NCBI GenBank assembly: GCA_026914245.1
Contig: CP110439.1
Coordinates: 5,146,001-5,210,000, forward strand
Direction: 5' to 3'
From: Puccinia triticina
Lineage: Eukaryota
DNA length: 64,000 nucleotides
Every line of letters begins with the position of its first letter. Position 1 is the stretch's first letter. The notes beneath the pieces are model-generated. The model was not told where the DNA came from. It saw nothing but the letters and a program-made list of their open reading frames with translations, and ran no database searches. Made by a program: the position numbers and the translations under genes. This document shows, piece after piece, positions 61,476 to 64,000 of the stretch.

Positions 61476-64000
61476 ATGGCCTACGCCAACTCACCATACC
61501 CCCCAATCAAAGGTTACTCAATTGGTCCAGACATCGCCGAGGTAAGTAAGCGATGCCTGATTGGTAATCTCCACCACAAAACACTGAAGCTTGTTTCATC
61601 CTTCTGGACTTCAGGGTGGATTCTCCAAGTAAGCGGTCGCTCGATTCGGAGAGGAAACTCGTAACAGACCGGTGGCTGGCAAGACAGATGGATTGACTCT
61701 TCATGTCCGATCATCCAGGGTGTATAAGGCATTCAATCCAGACAAACCACCCCCATGTATAGCCGCAATCAAGGTGATCTCGCTGGTCAACGCATCTTCT
61801 GGACCGACGTTGGATGAACAATCCTTCAAGAGAATCAAGAAAGAGATCAAGGTTCACTCGGCATTAAAACACGCAAATATCTTGGAACTAATCGATAGCG
61901 TCGAGGACCAGGAGGGGATCCCAAGCCGGAAGATCCCCCCTGCCTTCTACATTATTCTGGAGTATGCCGTCGGTGGCGATCTGTTCGATCAACTAGGTAT
62001 TCTATCCTCTCCTCTTTTTAGAAGCAGCAATGAACCTGATCCTTAGACATTTCTCACGTCAGTTCCGGATGTTGGTCTTTGTAACGACGATGAAGTGATC
62101 CACTTTTACTTTCGTCAATTAATGTCAGGTCTTGTAAGTGTCTCCAGAAATATCGATTAAGTTGATTTTATTATAAATAAATGCAGCCCATCAGGCAAGA
62201 AAAAAACTGAATCTTTCCTCGTGTTTCACAGCACTTCTGTCATTCCAAGGGAGTGGTTCATCGCGACCTGAAGCCCGAAAATATCCTGGTGAGTATCTTA
62301 ATCATGGAAGGATGAAGAAACTATATGAACATCAGGGTTTTTCATTTGTTGATTTGTTTCTTAGTTAGATGGACGAGGGAACCTATTGATCTCCGATTTT
62401 GGTCTTTGTTCCGTCTACAAATACAACGGAAAAGAAAGACTGTTAACAGAGGTATGCGGGAGTGCACCCTACGCGGCACCAGAAGTAAGTACGCGTCCAA
62501 CAGTTTATCCGACAATTTCAAATGCCCGCAATCGTCGCCTGGATGAAGGACCTGTCTGACCAAATTTCAACCTGTCCAGTTGGCCCTTGGGCGACCTTAT
62601 CATGGGCCTGCTATCGATCTTTGGTCTTCCGGTATCATACTCTACGTGCTTCTTGTAGGCAGTACGTCAATTACTATATCACATTTATTTTTGAAAGTTG
62701 TGATCCCTCAAATGTCCGGCGCATGCTCTCCTCTGCCAGATACCCCATGGGATAACCCGACGCTGGAGAGTCCCGAGTTTGCATCTTATGTCAGAGGAGT
62801 CATCTGGAACATGGATCCTTGGTGTCGAATAAAACCAGAGCTGAAGGGTCAGTCCAATCAATCTCAACTTTCCTTTCGGGCTTCCACTTCTTTCTGTAGG
62901 CATGCTGACATGATCTAGCAAATGTTTCCAAAAAAAAGCTTTGTTGCAAGAGCTGATGAATATCGATCCCGAGATGAGAATAACGATGTCTCAGTTGGTC
63001 AAAAACCCTTGGTTCAGGATGTAAGCATGATTTACCATGCCGCTTGAACCTCACAGATCTCACAGGCACGTTCTCTGTTGACAATACTCAATTCAAACAA
63101 TATTTGATTTCAAAAAAATAGGAAAAATCCGTTGATGAATGCCGAAGGTCTTACGAAGTCCGGCGCGAACTTAGCAGTCAGACTAGCTAAACAACGAGGT
63201 GAACTTGAAGGCAGGCATGAGGAAGACGAAGTCAGAAAATTGCAAGTGATTCCCTCAAACATGCCTAAAATTTTCTTGATGTCTTACGGACGGCTCAACC
63301 CAATCTTTCTCTTGTGATGACAGAGCCTCGGAACTAGTCAATACACCCGCCATCGAGGTTTCCCTAGATGGGGATCCCTCAAACGTTCAACTGTCTCAAG
63401 AAATCGGCCAATCTCAACTTGGTACTCGGTTCAAGAACGATTTGAATATGAATCCCACCCAACCGTTTTCTTGCACTGTCAGGCTATTTGTGAGTTACAA
63501 AACGTATTTTTTTTTGTAATCTGCGGAGAAGTTATTAATCGCTGTGCCTCTATCTATTGGTTACTTCGACAGACTGCAGATCCCGTCTTGGCATCTCAAA
63601 AAATGCAACATGCAAATTTATCGACGATGTTCATTTCGGAGTCGCCAATCGAAGAGCTGATCGAAGCCTTCAGGGAAGCATTAGATATCCTCAGCGTGAA
63701 GCATCAAGCGAAGCCCTTAAACCCGCCCACCGATGGCGAAAGCGACAACAATTCGGGCGTGAAGATCACCGTGTCATTTATCGATAACCGGAAACAGAAG
63801 CTGATGGGCTCGTTGCGGATCGAGCCAATCGTCCCGATCGAAGGTGCCCTGGGACGTTCGACGGCTACCGACGGGATGGACGTCGACGAGACTGAGATGG
63901 AAAACAACCCCAAATGGGGCGTCGTCTTCAAGCGCAGAAAAGGCGATGTCCTGCAGTGGAAGAAGAAGTATGAGGAGCTCGTCCGACTGCTCCCTCCTGG
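61476..64000 (+). CDS. CHK1: Chk1-family Ser/Thr checkpoint kinase, multi-exon, 3' end outside the window
   Basis: [76 protein letters not shown]1-like tail ([24 protein letters not shown]). Confidence 0.9.

Overview
Eukaryotic, intron-rich fungal DNA. Gene families and transposon types point to a rust fungus (Pucciniales, probably Puccinia); this is inferred from the sequence alone. Most of the window is nested transposable elements, many with resolvable termini and target-site duplications (TSDs): a full-length MULE/MuDR element, three hAT elements, a CACTA element, several Helitrons, a Tad1-like LINE, a gag-less Ty1/copia element, solo LTRs and MITEs. There is also a 3.6-kb array of 123 palindromic 29-bp units. 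Five host genes sit among the repeats: an Scm3/HJURP-domain CENP-A chaperone, an MFS transporter, a rust-type orphan gene, a LAMTOR2-like Ragulator subunit and a Chk1 kinase that runs off the right edge. The most notable signals are (1) the MULE transposase, which carries a GCM zinc finger and a C-terminal domain with the full motif order of a USP-family cysteine protease, and (2) ~44-bp-period palindrome arrays inside non-autonomous elements of different superfamilies. All calls come from reading motifs by eye; no database searches were run.
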